Assembly: GCF_004010195.1 (NCBI RefSeq)
Contig: NC_057723.1
Coordinates: 39,902,119-39,966,118 of the forward strand
DNA: 64,000 nucleotides
Source of the DNA: Chiloscyllium plagiosum
Lineage: Eukaryota
Direction: 5' to 3'
Of this stretch, positions 1 to 12,394 are shown piece by piece; positions within the stretch are counted from its first letter, which is position 1; each line of letters begins with the position of its first letter. Both the position numbers and the translations under genes were made by a program. The notes beneath the pieces are model-generated. The model saw nothing but the letters and a program-made list of their open reading frames with translations, was not told where the DNA came from and did not search any database.

Positions 1-80
1 GCTTATGCCCGAAACGTCGATTCTCCTGTTCCCTGGATGCTGCCTGACCTGCTGCGATTTTCCAGCAACACATTTTCAGC
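1..80 (+). mobile_element. Penelope-like pLTR fragment (hammerhead stem II-GAAAC-GTC plus 3' part), cut by the window start and abutting an HE1 SINE tail
   Basis: gcttatgcccgaaacgtcgattctcctgttccctggatgctgcctgacctgctgc is nearly identical to 37344-37420; it joins HE1 3' sequence at about 80. Confidence 0.8.
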
Positions 81-218
81 TATGCTAAATTGCCCGTATT
101 GTTCGGTGAAGGGGTAAGTGTAGGGGAATGGGTCTGGGTGTGTTGCTCTTCAGAGGGTTGGTGTGGACTTGTTGGGCCGAAGGGCCTGTTTCCACACTGT
201 CGGGAATCTAATCTAAAT
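81..218 (+). mobile_element. HE1-type SINE, 3' half
   Basis: tatgctaaattgcccgt...ggacttgttgggccgaagggcctgtttccacactgt...aatctaatctaa matches the 3' half of the full copy at 3732-4050. Confidence 0.85.
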
Positions 219-224
219 CCTCCT

Positions 225-345
225 ACTCTCAGCTTAAAAACTTGCCCCTTATTCATTTTATTTATACCCCTCCTGATTTTATAAACTTCAATAAGGTTAT
301 CCCTTAATTTCCTATGCGCCAATGAAAATATCCCAGCCTCCTCAT
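225..345 (-). mobile_element. CR1 LINE ORF2 C-terminal fragment
   Basis: Minus-strand translation IFSLAHRKLRDNLIEVYKIRRG resembles the CR1 motif LFSLEKRRLRGDLIEVYKIMRG. Confidence 0.75.
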
Positions 346-611
346 TTGCTTCCATAAACAGTGCTTTCTGTGTAATTACTTGATGATCATCAAACTACCA
401 TAGCTTCAGCACTTCCACAGATGAGAGGGGTCATTATGCAGGATAAAGGAAAAACCAGTAAAAGAAAATATTCTGAAATAACATACTGGCAGTGCTGGTC
501 CTCTAAATGTACTGTACAAGATAAATTGGACTGGTATGTCTCATTTGTCAGTTTTACTGTTATGTTTCCTTCTATTGTCATCTCTTCCTCCTCATGGTAT
601 TTTGTTTTCTA

Positions 612-680
612 TTTCTTCATTCTTGTGATGTGGGTATTGCTGGTCATGCCAGTGTTTACTGCCCATTATTAATTTGCCCC
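612..680 (-). mobile_element. 3' tail fragment of the SINE family seen at 12015-12378
   Basis: The reverse complement resembles gggcaattagggatgg...caataaat...ccagcgatgc...catcccatgaatgaa. Confidence 0.55.
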
Positions 681-867
681 ATATCTAGTGTTATGTACCA
701 GTTTATTCTGCAAGAAGAATTCATAAATACGTGAAAGCACTTTGAGTTTTTTCTCAACCGACTATGTCCTGAAATGGGAGAACAAATTCAAATGTGACAG
801 AAATCCATGGTAAGATGTGTCGAAACATTAAGCAGAAGTGTCCATGTTCCATAGGGCTTGAAACAAT

Positions 868-1078
868 ATCTGAAACCAAGAGAGAAATTGCTGGAAAATC
901 TCAGCAGGTCTGGCAGCATCTGTAAGGAGAGAAAAGAGCTGACGTTTCGAGTCTAACTGACCCTTTGTCAAAACATCAGCTCTTTTCTCTTCTTACAGAT
1001 GCTGCCAGACCTGCTGAGATTTTCCAGCATTTTCTCTTTCGGTTTCAGATTCCAGGATCCGCAGTAATTTGCTTTTAT
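868..1078. mobile_element. Palindromic PLE pLTR insertion (head-to-head inverted arms) with 15-bp TSD
   Basis: Arms 868-947 and 971-1050 are reverse complements with few mismatches. TSD ttgaaacaatatctg (858-872) / ttgaaacaaaatctg (1079-1093). A hammerhead-like core lies on the minus strand at 941-972. Confidence 0.85.
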
Positions 1079-2324
1079 TTGAAACAAAATCTGTTCTTTG
1101 AAACCTGCAAAGATGCTGAACATGAAGCTTGAGGTGACAGGAGGTTGCTACTACCTATAGTTGGCAGCTCATTTACCTTTTAATAGTGTTTGAGGCTAAA
1201 TCAAAGGATTTAATGTTTAGAGAGTTGCCTTACTGTTTCTGAAATTCCATGCATGTCTCGTGAATGGATGTATTATTACAGGAACTGTTTCCTCTTCCCT
1301 CCAGTAATCCGATTCAACCAGATGCATACCTCTAAGCCGTCTTCTTATCTGACTCCTAAACCTTTCTGCTCCTCCTGTTTCTTGAGATGACCTATTGATG
1401 GGTATCTCATGTCTTTATCATATCCAACATTGTTTAACTGAATCGATGTCAAGAATTTGACATGATTAGTGTCCTGCAATTCAGGCAATTGGAAAGAACG
1501 CCCTTTCACCCTCTGTTGGTGGAGCAGGCATGACAAAGTTTGACCCCTGAAAGTTTCAGTGAGCAATTCTAAATAAATTAAAATGAGAATTGAATCAGCA
1601 TGTTAGAACTTGCATTCTGTATTGCATTCTGATTGCAGAAAAATATATCAATACTTAAAGCTTGTAATGTCAGAGATTTAAGTAAAAGAACATATCATTG
1701 AATTGGAAGACCAAAAGTCTTATTTAGTTCAATCAGTAACATACTGATTTTGGGAGTATTTTACATTGTTTTCAAATAGATTCCACTAATGGGAAAACCT
1801 ATCTTTTTAATGTAAATTCTCATCTCTCATTATTGTTACTGAGCTATACTAATTAAGAACCAAACTGACTTTGGCTGGTTCGATGTCCAATCTGAGAATG
1901 TATTAACTCTTTTCCATCTGTCAGTATTCAATGACAGGCCTGCCAATGTTTCATCAGTAACCCTGTCAATCATGTTCAAGTTAAAGGGAAAAATAATTAG
2001 TCAACTCAGAATGCCACTACTAATTTTACATCAATGTGGATGTTTGAACTGGATATGGTATAATGAATTCAGAATCATCTACAAGGTACATTTTAGCATG
2101 AATGTGTATTACTCCAGGATGCTTGTTGCTGAAACCCAAATTGTAGCCAGTCTTTACAATTGCTATAACCATTTAGTGTCAGAATTCTAAGCATGAACAT
2201 TCTAATCCAACAACTACAGTCTTTAAATGGTGTCTATTTACAAAGGGAGTAAGTGAATTCTGTTCACCACCTGCATTCTATTAAACTGAATTAATATACA
2301 ATGAAGAGAATGATAGAATCTTGT

Positions 2325-2998
2325 TCAAGATGGCGCTGGCATGCTTGGTAGATTTTGGGCTTATTGGATCCAGTCTGGTCCAGATCAGTGGAATCATTTT
2401 CACTGTGTTCTTTACATCTTTTTTTCTTTTCTTCGACCTCTTGTACTTCATCTTTGAGGCCGGTGTCATTGGGGCAGTGACTACAACAACAGCAGTGTGG
2501 ACCGGGACTGCTTGTGGTGCTGTCCGGCAGGAGTAGGCCCAGAGTTTGGACTCCAGGTGGCAAATGCTCTGAAGCTTGGACTCTTGCTGGCAGTGGATGA
2601 GCTGAATTCCCAGTGACGGCCATAGGCCTGGAACCCGGATTCTTTTGGTAGTATTACCCAGATCAGGGACTCACAGCAGTGGCAGGCCTTGAGCCTGGAC
2701 TCTTGGCAGTGGTAGTGAGGCAGCGGCAACAGGAGAGCCGGAGTGTCCTGGAGGGCATCAGCTTATTGTTCCCCAAGCAGGAATCCTTGAGGACTGGAAA
2801 CCTTGCAGAAGCCCTGAAGCCATGCTTGATACTCCAGTTTGAAGAGAATTTGAACACTTATTTAAGTAATTTCTTTTAATCCTTATTGTAACATTAAATG
2901 GCACCAGACTGTGGTGACAAGACACTTTTTACTGTATCTTCAAGGTATATGTGGCAATAAATCATTCCTTCATGCATTGATTAATTCATTCATTCATA
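2325..2998 (+). mobile_element. Non-autonomous Rex1/Babar-derived element with an internal degenerate minisatellite
   Basis: Starts caagatggcg and ends cactttttactgtatct...tatatgtggcaataaa(tcat)n, like the Rex1 3' end at 15800-15850. No RT ORF; repeated ggcctggagcctggactcttggcag-like units. Confidence 0.55.
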
Positions 2999-3375
2999 TT
3001 GACATACATTAGAAAGTTCCGAGAAAGTTTCTTGAGAAATCTGTGCTGTGAAAATTTCTACTGGTCATTCACATTGACAATTCATATTCAAGAGGGTCTA
3101 CGATTCATTACCACCATGGCATGTTATGTTGCACGTTCAGTAATATGCACTATAATTGATCTAGCTTTGCTGTCTTATTGTCCAGAGTTGTTATTTAATA
3201 TTTTGCTGTTTAATTCAAAATGCAAAACTAAAACTTAAAAAAGACTTTGTATGCACTTCAGATCATTAAAAGAAAACAAATCAATTATTCCAGACACTCC
3301 TGTGAATGCAGTCTAATTTAGTATATTACTTGCAGTGATGGAGAGTGGACTTTTAAAAAAAATTGCTTACCCAAC

Positions 3376-3632
3376 TTGGCACCGCCCTCTTGGCCTGTCC
3401 ATCTTCCTTCCCACCTATCTGCTCCACCCTCCTCTCCAACCTATCACCACCCACCTAGCACCCCCCCCATTCCAGCTACCTTCCCCCAGCCACACCACCC
3501 TCCCATTTATCTCTCAACCCCCTGGCCCACAAGCCTCATTCCTGATGAAGGCCTTATGCCCAAAACGTCGATTTTCCTGTTCCTGGGATGCTGCCTGACC
3601 TGCTGTGCTTTTCCAGCACCACACTTGCGACC
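3376..3632 (+). mobile_element. PLE 3' region/pLTR with degenerate hammerhead motif
   Basis: C-rich stretch, then attc-CTGATGA-aggccttatgccc-AAAAC-GTC-gatt (3538-3573) and gatgctgcctgacctgctg...ttccagca. Confidence 0.8.
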
Positions 3633-3731
3633 AATTTAATATCTGTCCAATAATCTGCTGTCATATCTCAGGGGTGCAAAGCATTCTGCAGCAAATTATG
3701 GAACCATGTGGGTGGTGTGATAACATTATGG

Positions 3732-4050
3732 TGGGCGGCACGGTGGCACAGTGGTTAGCACTGCTGCCTCACAGCGCCTGAGACCCGGGTTCAATTCCCG
3801 CCTCAGGCGACTGACTGTGTGGAGTTTGCACGTTCTCCCCGTGTCTGCGTGGGTTTCCTCCGGGTGCTCCGGTTTCCTCCCACAGTCCAAAAGATGTGCA
3901 GGGTCAGGTGAATTGGCTATGCTAAATTGCCCGTAGTGTTAGGTAAGGGGTAAATGTAGGGGTATGGGTGGGTTTCGCTTCGGCGGGTCGGTGTGGACTT
4001 GTTGGGCCAAAGGGCCTGTTTCCACACTGTAATGCAATCTAAAAAAAAAA
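3732..4050 (+). mobile_element. HE1-type SINE, full length, young
   Basis: tRNA-like head with A box (tggcacagtgg) and B box (ggttcaattcc), CR1-like tail and poly(A). 7-bp TSD attatgg (3725-3731 / 4051-4057). Confidence 0.92.
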
Positions 4051-4239
4051 ATTATGGAAGTAACTTTTCACCTCCATTATAAACAAGCTGGTCCACACTA
4101 CCCAGTCAAGCTTGGATAAATAAGGAGCTGCATAAGAGCTTGATTGCATATCTAAGCAGTCTTATGACCACTTACAAGTTCATTTAACTATTGTATCAGG
4201 ACAGCCTTGAGCTTTAATTAGGCAGATAATACTAAACGG

Positions 4240-4350
4240 CCCACGGGCTCTTGTGGTACGGTGATAGTGTCCCTATCTCTGAACCAGAAGGCCCAGGTTC
4301 AGGTCTCACATATTCCAGAGATGTGTAATAACATCTCTGAACAGACTGGG
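4240..4350 (+). mobile_element. Short tRNA-derived SINE (different family)
   Basis: A-box-like gtggtacggtgatag and B-box-like ggttcaggtctc, followed by the hairpin cagagatgtgtaataacatctctg. Confidence 0.55.
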
Positions 4351-4554
4351 GGGAAAAAATTCCAAACAGCCCATCCTGTCCCCAATCACAGTGCTAGTAA
4401 TGTACAACTCCTTGCCACCTGTTTGTTTCAGCCTCAAACTGCAAAATGAGTTGATCTTCTTTATGTTAAACTTTCATCATTAATACTTCATTATGTTCAT
4501 CACTGACACACATTGGTGATGGGTATGCGGTGCTGCCAAGTGCAGAAGAAGCAA

Positions 4555-7500
4555 CAGAAAGAACGGGACTCCTGGAAGGTATGTTGCCTCCCTCGTGCCA
4601 GGATCCGGGATGTCGCCGATCGGGTTTACAAGATTCTGAAGGGGAATGGTGAGCAGCCAAAAATCGTGGTACATATTGGCACCAATGATATAGCCAGGAA
4701 AGGGATTGAGGTTCTGAAAACCGACTACAGAGACTTAGGTAGGAAGCTGAAGAGCAGGATGAGTAGAGTAGTGATCTCAGGTTTGCTACCGGTGCCACGA
4801 GATAGTGAGATGAGGGACAGTCAGCGAATGCAGCTTAACACATGGCTGCGAGGCTGGAGCAGGAGGGAGGGCTTCAGATACCTAGACCATTGGGATACCT
4901 TCTGGGGAAGGTGGACCTGTACATGAAGGACGAGTCGCACCTGAACTGGAGGGGCACAAATCTCCTGGCTGGGAGATTTGCTTGTGTAATTCGAGAGGGT
5001 TTAAACTAGTTTGGCAGGGGGTGGGAATCAGAGCCACATGTCTGAGAGGGGTCAGTTGCAGATGGGGCAGTGACAGGATGTATTGAATCTGTCAGGAAGG
5101 TTTCTCACGTGATGAAACAAAGGGATCGGTTAAAATGTGTCTGCTTTAATGCAAGGAGTGTCTGAAATAAGAGTGATGAAGTTAGAGCATGGATCAGTAC
5201 TTGGGGCTACGATGTTGTGGCCATAACAGAGACGTGGGTTTCACAAGAGCAGGAACGCTTGCTAGATGTTCCAGGGTTTAGAACGTTTAAAAAGAACAGG
5301 GAGGGTGGAAAAAGAGGTGGGGGTGCAGCATTGCTAATCAGAGAGTGCATCACAGCTACAGAAACGAAGGTTGATGAGGAAGGTTTGTCCACTGAGTCAG
5401 TATGGGTGGAAGTTAGGAACAGCAAGGGAACAGCGACCGCAATGGGGGTTTTCTACAGACTACCAGCAGTAGAGACATTGAAGAACTCCTAGGCAGGCAG
5501 ATTCTGGAAAAATGCAGAAGTAGCAGGGTTGTTGTTATGGGTGATTTCAACTTTCCCAATATCAACTGGAACCTCCTAAGTGCAGATGGTTTGGATGGAG
5601 CCATTTTTGTCAGGTGTGTTCAGGGGGATTTCCTTACTCAGTATGTAGATAGACTGACGAGGGGAGAGGCCATTTTGGATTTGGTGCTCGGCAACGAGCC
5701 AGGACAGGTGTCAGACCTTGCGGTGGGAGAACACTTTGGTGACAGTGACCACAACTGCCTCACATTTAGCATAACCTTGGAGAGTGAAAGGAGCAGTTAC
5801 CGAGGGAAGATATTTAATTGGGGAAAAGGAAATTATGACACTATCAGACAGGAGTTGGGAAATATAGACTGGGAGTAATTGTTCCACAGAAAGGGCACGG
5901 CAGACATGTGGAGACTATGTAAGGAGCAGTTGTTGTGAGTGATGCACAAATTTGTTCCTCTGAGAGAGGTAAGAAGGGGTAAGATTCAGGAACCTTGGAT
6001 GATGAGAACAGAGGAGCTTCTCGTCAAAAGGAAGAGGGCAGTTTACATAAGGTGGACGAAGCAAGGATCTAGCACAGCTTTAGAAGATTACATGCTTGCT
6101 AGAAAGGAGCTCAGAAATGGACTGAGAAGAGTCAGGAGGGGGCATAAAAAAGGCTTGGCAAAAAGGATTAGGGAAAACCCAAAGGCGTTTTACTCATATG
6201 TGAGGAATAAGAGAATGATCAGGGAGAAGGTAGCGTCGATCAGGGATAGCGGAGGGAACTTGTGCATGGAATCTGAGCAGATAGGGGAAGCCCAAATGAG
6301 TTTTTTGCTTTGGTTTTCACCAAGGAAAGGGACCTTTTTTTTTAGGTTAGATTAGATTAGATTACTTACAGTGTGGAAACAGGCCCTTCGGCCCAACAAA
6401 TCCACACCGCCCCGCCGAAGCACAACCCACCCATACCCCTGCATTTACCCCTTACCTAACACTACGGGCAATTTAAAATGGCCAATTTACCTGACCTGCA
6501 CATCTTTGGATTGTGGGAGGAAACCGGAGCACCCGGAGGAAACCCACACAGACACGGGGAGAACATGCAAACTCCACACAGTCAGTCGCCTGAGGTGGGA
6601 ATTGAACCCAGGTCTCTGGCGCTGTGAGGCAGCAGTGCTAACCACTGTGCCACCGTGCCGCCCACAATTGTGATTGAAAACTTAGAGGAACTGGGATACA
6701 GTCTTGACTTGATGAAGTTGATGTGCTTGAAATTTTGGAAAACATTTAAGATTGATAAGTCCCCAGGGCCAGACCAGATTTATCCTAGGCTGCTCCGGGA
6801 AGTGAGAAATGAGGTTGCTAAGCCGCTGGCGAGGATGTTTGCCTCCTCACTCTCCAGGGGAGTCGTACCGGAGGATTGTAAGGAGGTGAATGTTGTTCAT
6901 CTTTTCAAGAAGGGTAACAGGGAAATCCCTGGCAATTACAGACCAGTCAGTCTTACGTCCATGGTCAGCAAAGTTTTGGAAAGAATTCTGCGGGATAGGA
7001 TTTATGACTATTTGGCAAAGCATAGTGTGATTAAAGACTTTTGTGGTTTTGTGAGGGGCAGGTCATACCTCACAAATCTTATTGAGTTCTTTGAGGAGGT
7101 GTCAAGACCGATCGACAAAGGTCAAGCAGTGGATGTGGTATATATGGACTTCAGCAAGGTATGTGATAAGGTTCCCCATGGTCGGCTAATTTTTAAAGTC
7201 AGGAAGTATGTGATACAGCGAGGTTTGGCTATCTGGATTCAGAATTGGCTGGCTGACAGAAGGCAAAGAGTGGTTGTAGATAGAAAGTATTCTGCCTGGA
7301 GGTCAGTGTTGAGTGGGATCCTGCAGGGCTCTGTTCTTGGGTCTCTGTTCTTTGTAGTTTTTATAAATGACTTGGATGAGGAGGTTGAGGGGTGGGTTAG
7401 TAAATTTGCAGATGACACAAGGCTGGAGGTGTCATCGATAGTATTGAGGGCTACTGCAGGCTGCAGCGGTACATAGACAGGATGCAGAGCTGGGCTGAGA

Positions 7501-7980
7501 AATGGCAGATGGAGTTCAACCTGGATAAATGCAAAGTGATGTTGAATATAGGATTAAAGACAGGATTCTTGGCAGTGTGAAGGAACAGGGGGATCTGGGT
7601 GTGCGAATACATGGATCCCTCAAAGTTGGCACCCAAGTGGATAGTGTTATTAAGAAAGCATATGGTGTTTTGGCTTTCATTAACAGGGGGATTGAGTTTA
7701 AGAGCCATGTGGTTTTGCTACAGCTCTACAAGTCCCTGGTGAGACCACACTGTAGGTTCTTTACGCAGAGAGTTGTGAATGCATGGAATGCTTTGCCAGC
7801 TGTGGTGGTGGAAGCAGAGTCATTGGGGACATTTAAATGACTGCTAGACATGCACATGGATAGCAGTGAGTTGAGGGGTGTGTAGGTTAAGTTATTATAT
7901 TTTATATTAGGATTAAACCTCGGCACAACATTGTGGGCCAAAGGATCTGTTCTGTGCTGTACTTTTCTATGTTCTAAATT
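4555..7980 (+). mobile_element. CR1-clade LINE (5'-truncated, pseudogenised): ORF1 SGNH esterase, ORF2 APE endonuclease plus RT, 3' UTR
   Basis: ORF1: VCCLPRARIRDV, VVHIGTND, VVISGLLPVPR. APE: AITETW, MGDFNFPNINW, LDLVLGNEP, SDHN. RT: NYRPVSLTS, YMDFSK..DKVPH, QGSVLG, KFADDT. Stops, frameshifts and an internal deletion near 7750. Confidence 0.95.
6335..6665 (-). mobile_element. HE1-type SINE, full length, inserted in CR1 ORF2
   Basis: Reverse complement of the 3732-4050 family; (ttaga)n tail at 6345-6365; interrupts the CR1 reading frame. Confidence 0.92.
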
Positions 7981-10459
7981 GAAACGTTCAGCACAGATTT
8001 CTAGTTTCACTGGTTATTTCTCCATCAATTTTTGAAATTGAGTTTTCTTTGTATGACTCTCTACAAATTGCTGCAGAATTCACCCATGACCCATCACTTT
8101 TAGAGAGGTGAAAGTTTAATACATCTACGTCAGCTTCTTGAGACTGCTAGGAACAGGAAAATGTGTGATTGATGAGGTCACAACGAAGACACACAATAGC
8201 TACCTGATGCAAGTATACTTATCATATTTGTACATCCCTATGTGCATTGGCTGGGTGCAAGACACATGAATGTCACAGTGATACAAGAAACCTCCTTACC
8301 TGACATATTTGGCTATCTTACAAATGACTTGTAATTTCACCCACTCTCCAACCATTAAGATGTCACTGAATGATTGCATATATCAATCTATGTCGTTCAC
8401 TATTATGGCAACTTCTTAAATCTTGGAACAGAACAACATCTGCATACATAGCCTCTATGATATGATTATTTTAACCTAAAGCTCAGCTTTTGTCTTCGTA
8501 TGTGAATTGTTTATTTCCCATAAGTTTGACTTGGTGCTGATATGTAAACTGTGAATCTTAGCAATAATCTCAAGGTCCTATGAATGTATTGGATGGTTGC
8601 TGATAGGGTGCATGAATCCTCTTTGGAACAATGTGACCTGAGAAAATTTCTGCTATTCCACTAATAATAGGCACTATCTCTGCATGACTGCTGTAAAATA
8701 GCAGACCAAATGTTACCATTGAGATCAAAGATGTAAGATATTGACCTATTTCACAGTCAAACATGCATACTAACTCCCCAATGTCTGTCTTAGGCCTTTT
8801 TCAACCATCAGTAGAATGATTGTGTATGTTCCAGGTTAACTGCTAATCTGTGAATTCTACATAAGCAGATGTCAGTAATGAACTCATCCTCTTGCTCCAT
8901 CATCTGCTGCACAGCCCCAATACCTACACAAACATTTAATGAGAACTTATTGATACAGATCATTGAGGGTTAAACCAGCAAAAGAGAGAGAAGCAGTATG
9001 CCATGACTTAGCTTCAGTTTGTATGTTTGCTCCTGCATTGCTATCTCTGTCACCATTCATGACATTCCCTTGTTTGAATTGAGAGATTATTTCTATAAGA
9101 TCATCTGTCATTTGTTCATTTGCCTCACCTCTGAATCTGTGGCGCCTTAAGAGTTATTATTGCCAATCTTTTGCTGTTGAAAGCTGTCTTCTCATTGAAG
9201 AAAGGAAACTGGGACTGAGAACAATATTTTGATCTATGACTTGCGCTAAAAGGCAAGTATCAGAATAAATACTATAATGGGTGGGATAGCATGTAATTAG
9301 CGAGTAACTACATTTCAAGAGAGCTATTTCAGATGTACGTAGGTACTGTGTGAGAGGGACAGAATTCTTCTAGCTGAAGGTTGAGTTGTCAGATGCACAG
9401 GCTAACTCATGGCCACCGATGGTATGCTGTTCAGCAGGCGAAACATTCTAGAGGTGGCACATGCATTTAGTACAATGCATTCTCGGAAGATGTGGCTGCT
9501 AACTTTTATTATGCATGTCTTGTTTAACATATTGAATTAATAAAATTCATTAGCAAAGCACCAAATAGTAGAATTAGGCATTTCCTGCACTGGCCAGTAC
9601 CAAATTATATGTTGCAGGTCTCCTTCATTTTGTTACTTCAAAAATTGACTTGCTCCCTAAATTTGACTTCCTGAAACATCACACCATCATCAACCTTCAA
9701 TAGTCAAGAACCTCTGTGCGCTGCAGTAATCTTTTCTGACATATTTATGTGAAATATCTTAGCATGAAAGACTGTGCTTATTAATCCCTATAGATTGTTG
9801 CAGCTATTAAGTTACTGCATGTGCATACTATTTTTTCACTTGAAATGTGAAGATCTCAGTTCAGAGACATTTATAAAACCTGGAGCTCAGCTATAAATAA
9901 TGAACCAAATGAATACACAAAATGCCAAAGGGTTCGAAACTGTGCTCAGTCCACTGCAAAGACCTGTCCCATCTCACATTCTTATACTCTTGGTGATGAT
10001 AATGTAACTCTCATTTTGCAATACACATATTAAAGTCAAAAATATGCACATAAATTGACTGAAACCAGTTGTGTTATAATTACTTGAATTAATTTTAAAA
10101 GTACTAGCCTGTCATCTTAGACAGATAGGTGTTGAAGTTTGACTCATTACAAAATTAAGCTCATTCGTATGTAAGTTTGTCTAATTAGTGTTAATGAGAA
10201 TAATTAGCTTTTAGTGCCTATCCTTTTTTAACCAAATTGCTGAATGTCTCAGTCATAAATCAACGTAAATGATTATTCTTTCTACATCATTAATCATTAC
10301 ATTTTCATATTGTAAAATAAGGAAAAACTTACTTTGTTAAAATAGCTATAAATGCATGTTATAATTTCTTCACTTATGAGTATTTAGATTATATTTTAAA
10401 ACTCAAATGTAGTGCTACTTTTGCAAAGTCAAACTCTGATTTTTTTTTCCCTATTTACA

Positions 10460-10810
10460 TTATGAACAGTGAATACAGTAAAGTAATTGAAATAAATGTT
10501 CTCGCCTCTGAGGAAAGAGTGTGAGATCTCCTATGCTTGCAAGATGTATGCAAAGAGGATCAAAGTGTTGATGAGTGGACAAGGGCCGAGCATTTTGCAG
10601 AGTAAATGGTCTGTTTGTGTTGCTGAGAGGGGAACAGGAGAAACATTTGCTGGTGGCATCCTGTTGAAGGTGCAGAATTGACAGAGAATGATCCATTGAG
10701 TACAGAGGTTGTTGGGGTGCTCCATGAGGGTAAAGAGAACCCTACTGTGGTTCCAGGGAGGAGGGGAAGAGTTGAGAGCAATACTTCAGGAAATGGGTCA
10801 GAAATCTTGT
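10460..10810 (-). mobile_element. Old PLE ORF fragment (RT-to-GIY-YIG linker and GIY-YIG start)
   Basis: Translations HPNNLCTQWIILCQF...PLSATQTDHLL and LLYCIHCS parallel PLVITFHPTDLWMQCIIPHHFRKLQSDP in the PLE at 32590-33469. Confidence 0.65.
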
Positions 10811-10937
10811 AGAAAACTTCTTTGTTGCACAAAGTTTAGGAACATGGTAAATAAATGACCAGGCTGCTTTTGAGATTAAAGTTTAAAGAGAAAACGGAAG
10901 ACTCTGATGTGATTGTGCCAGTGCTGTGCTTTCATCT

Positions 10938-11990
10938 ATGGACAGAGTTAAAAATCACATAACACCAGATTATAGTCCAACAGGTTTATTTGGAAGCACA
11001 ACTTTCAGAGTGCTACTCCTTCATCAGTGGGGCATAAGACACAGAATTTGAAGCAAAAGATCACAATATCATGCGATTAAAATGATATATTGAGTAAACC
11101 TAGATTGCTGTTCAGTCTTTCATCTTTTAGAATGGGTTGCAGGTTTCGGGTCATTAATGTGTAAATCCCAGAACTTCATTTAAGTCACATTCTCGAGATA
11201 GCTTAAGGTTTTATTAAAAAAAAGGGACATCTCAGCTCATGAAAGGTGTGAGATCCAAGTCTATCAGTATCCCAATCTTGAGTCAGACCGGTTCTATTTT
11301 CAAAGTAGGAACTTATTAAATGTTATATGGATTGACTGCCGGCATTAACTGCCTGCAGGTTGTGTGCTTTTTGAGCAAAAACTGAATGTATCTGCAAATA
11401 CAATTCTGTAAAACAAATTCACCCCATGCATGTGTGCATGTGAGATAGAGAGAAAGAATGTGAGTGTGAGCATGTAAGTGTGTGCGTGTGATTGCGTGCT
11501 TGGTAGACTTGTGTGCATGAGTGAGTGTGGGGGATGCATGTGTGTGTATGAGAGAGTATGTGTATGAGAGAGGGTCTGCATGAGTGTGTGAATATGTAAG
11601 AGTGTGTGTTTGAGAGTGTCTAGTATACTGGGGTCACCTACAGTGTGACATGAACCCAAGGTCCCAGTTGAGGCCATCCTCATGGGTACCGAACTTGGCT
11701 ATGAGCCCCTGCTCAGCCACTCTGCATTGTTGCATGTCCCAAATTCTGCCTTGGAGGGTGGTGACCCTGACCACTGAAAGTGTTCCCCAACTGGGAGGGA
11801 ACACCTCTGTCTGGCGATTTGTGATGCATCTGTTGTCATAGCATCTGCTTGATCTCGCTAATGTACCATGCCTCGAGGCATCCTTGCCTGCAGCGTATGG
11901 AAGTCACAAGTACCTACCATGTATATGGTGGGTGGTATCCCCATGTGTAATGGTAGTATCCATGTCGACACTCTGACACATGTTTCTAGC
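10938..11990 (-). mobile_element. PLE 3' part: GIY-YIG C-terminus, CA-rich UTR, hammerhead-bearing pLTR
   Basis: Minus strand encodes RVAEQGLIAKFGTHEDGLNWDLGFMSH*. CTGATGA-aggagtagcactct-GAAAG at 10997-11029 (minus). Same family as 49380-50247. Confidence 0.8.
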
Positions 11991-12014
11991 ACTAATCATA
12001 ATAATCCATGATGA

Positions 12015-12378
12015 GGGGAGGCAATGGTTTAGTGGCCTATTGTTGGACAGTTATTCCAGAGATCCAGGTAATGTTCAGGGGTCTGAGTTTGAATCTTGCC
12101 ATGACAGATGGTGGAATTTGAATCCAATAAAAAAAACTGGAATTCAGAGTCTAATGATGACTGTGAATCCATCGCCAAGTGTTGGAAAAACCTATCTGGG
12201 TCACTAATGTCCTTCAGGGAAGGAAGCTGCCATCATCCTTATCTGGTTTGGCCTACATGTGACTACAGACTCATAGCAATGTGGTTAACTCTTATTGGCC
12301 TTGTGGGCAATTAGGGATGGACAATAAATACCAGCGTAGCCAGCGATGCATACATCCCATGAATGAATAAAAGAAAAA
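12015..12378 (+). mobile_element. tRNA-derived SINE with LINE-like 3' tail, near full length
   Basis: Head ggggaggcaatggtttagtgg...gagtttgaatc, core cactaatgtccttcagggaaggaa...tgtggttaactctt, tail catcccatgaatgaataaaa. Fragments recur at about 612, 24610 and 57515. Confidence 0.7.
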
Positions 12379-12394
12379 GCCAGAAAGCTGATTC

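Noticed and set aside
2291-2879. Cluster of overlapping ORFs suggesting a coding exon
   Set aside because: Explained by GC-rich degenerate repeats within a retroelement-like unit; no recognisable domain.
3735-3810. tRNA gene-like A/B boxes (also at 15310, 35345, 57865 and 6590-6660)
   Set aside because: These are the tRNA-derived heads of HE1 SINEs, continuous with SINE body and LINE-like tail; they are not stand-alone tRNA genes.
6655-7476. Longest ORF (273 aa) as a host gene
   Set aside because: It is a CR1 reverse transcriptase fragment whose start codon comes from the inserted SINE; the flanking frames are broken.
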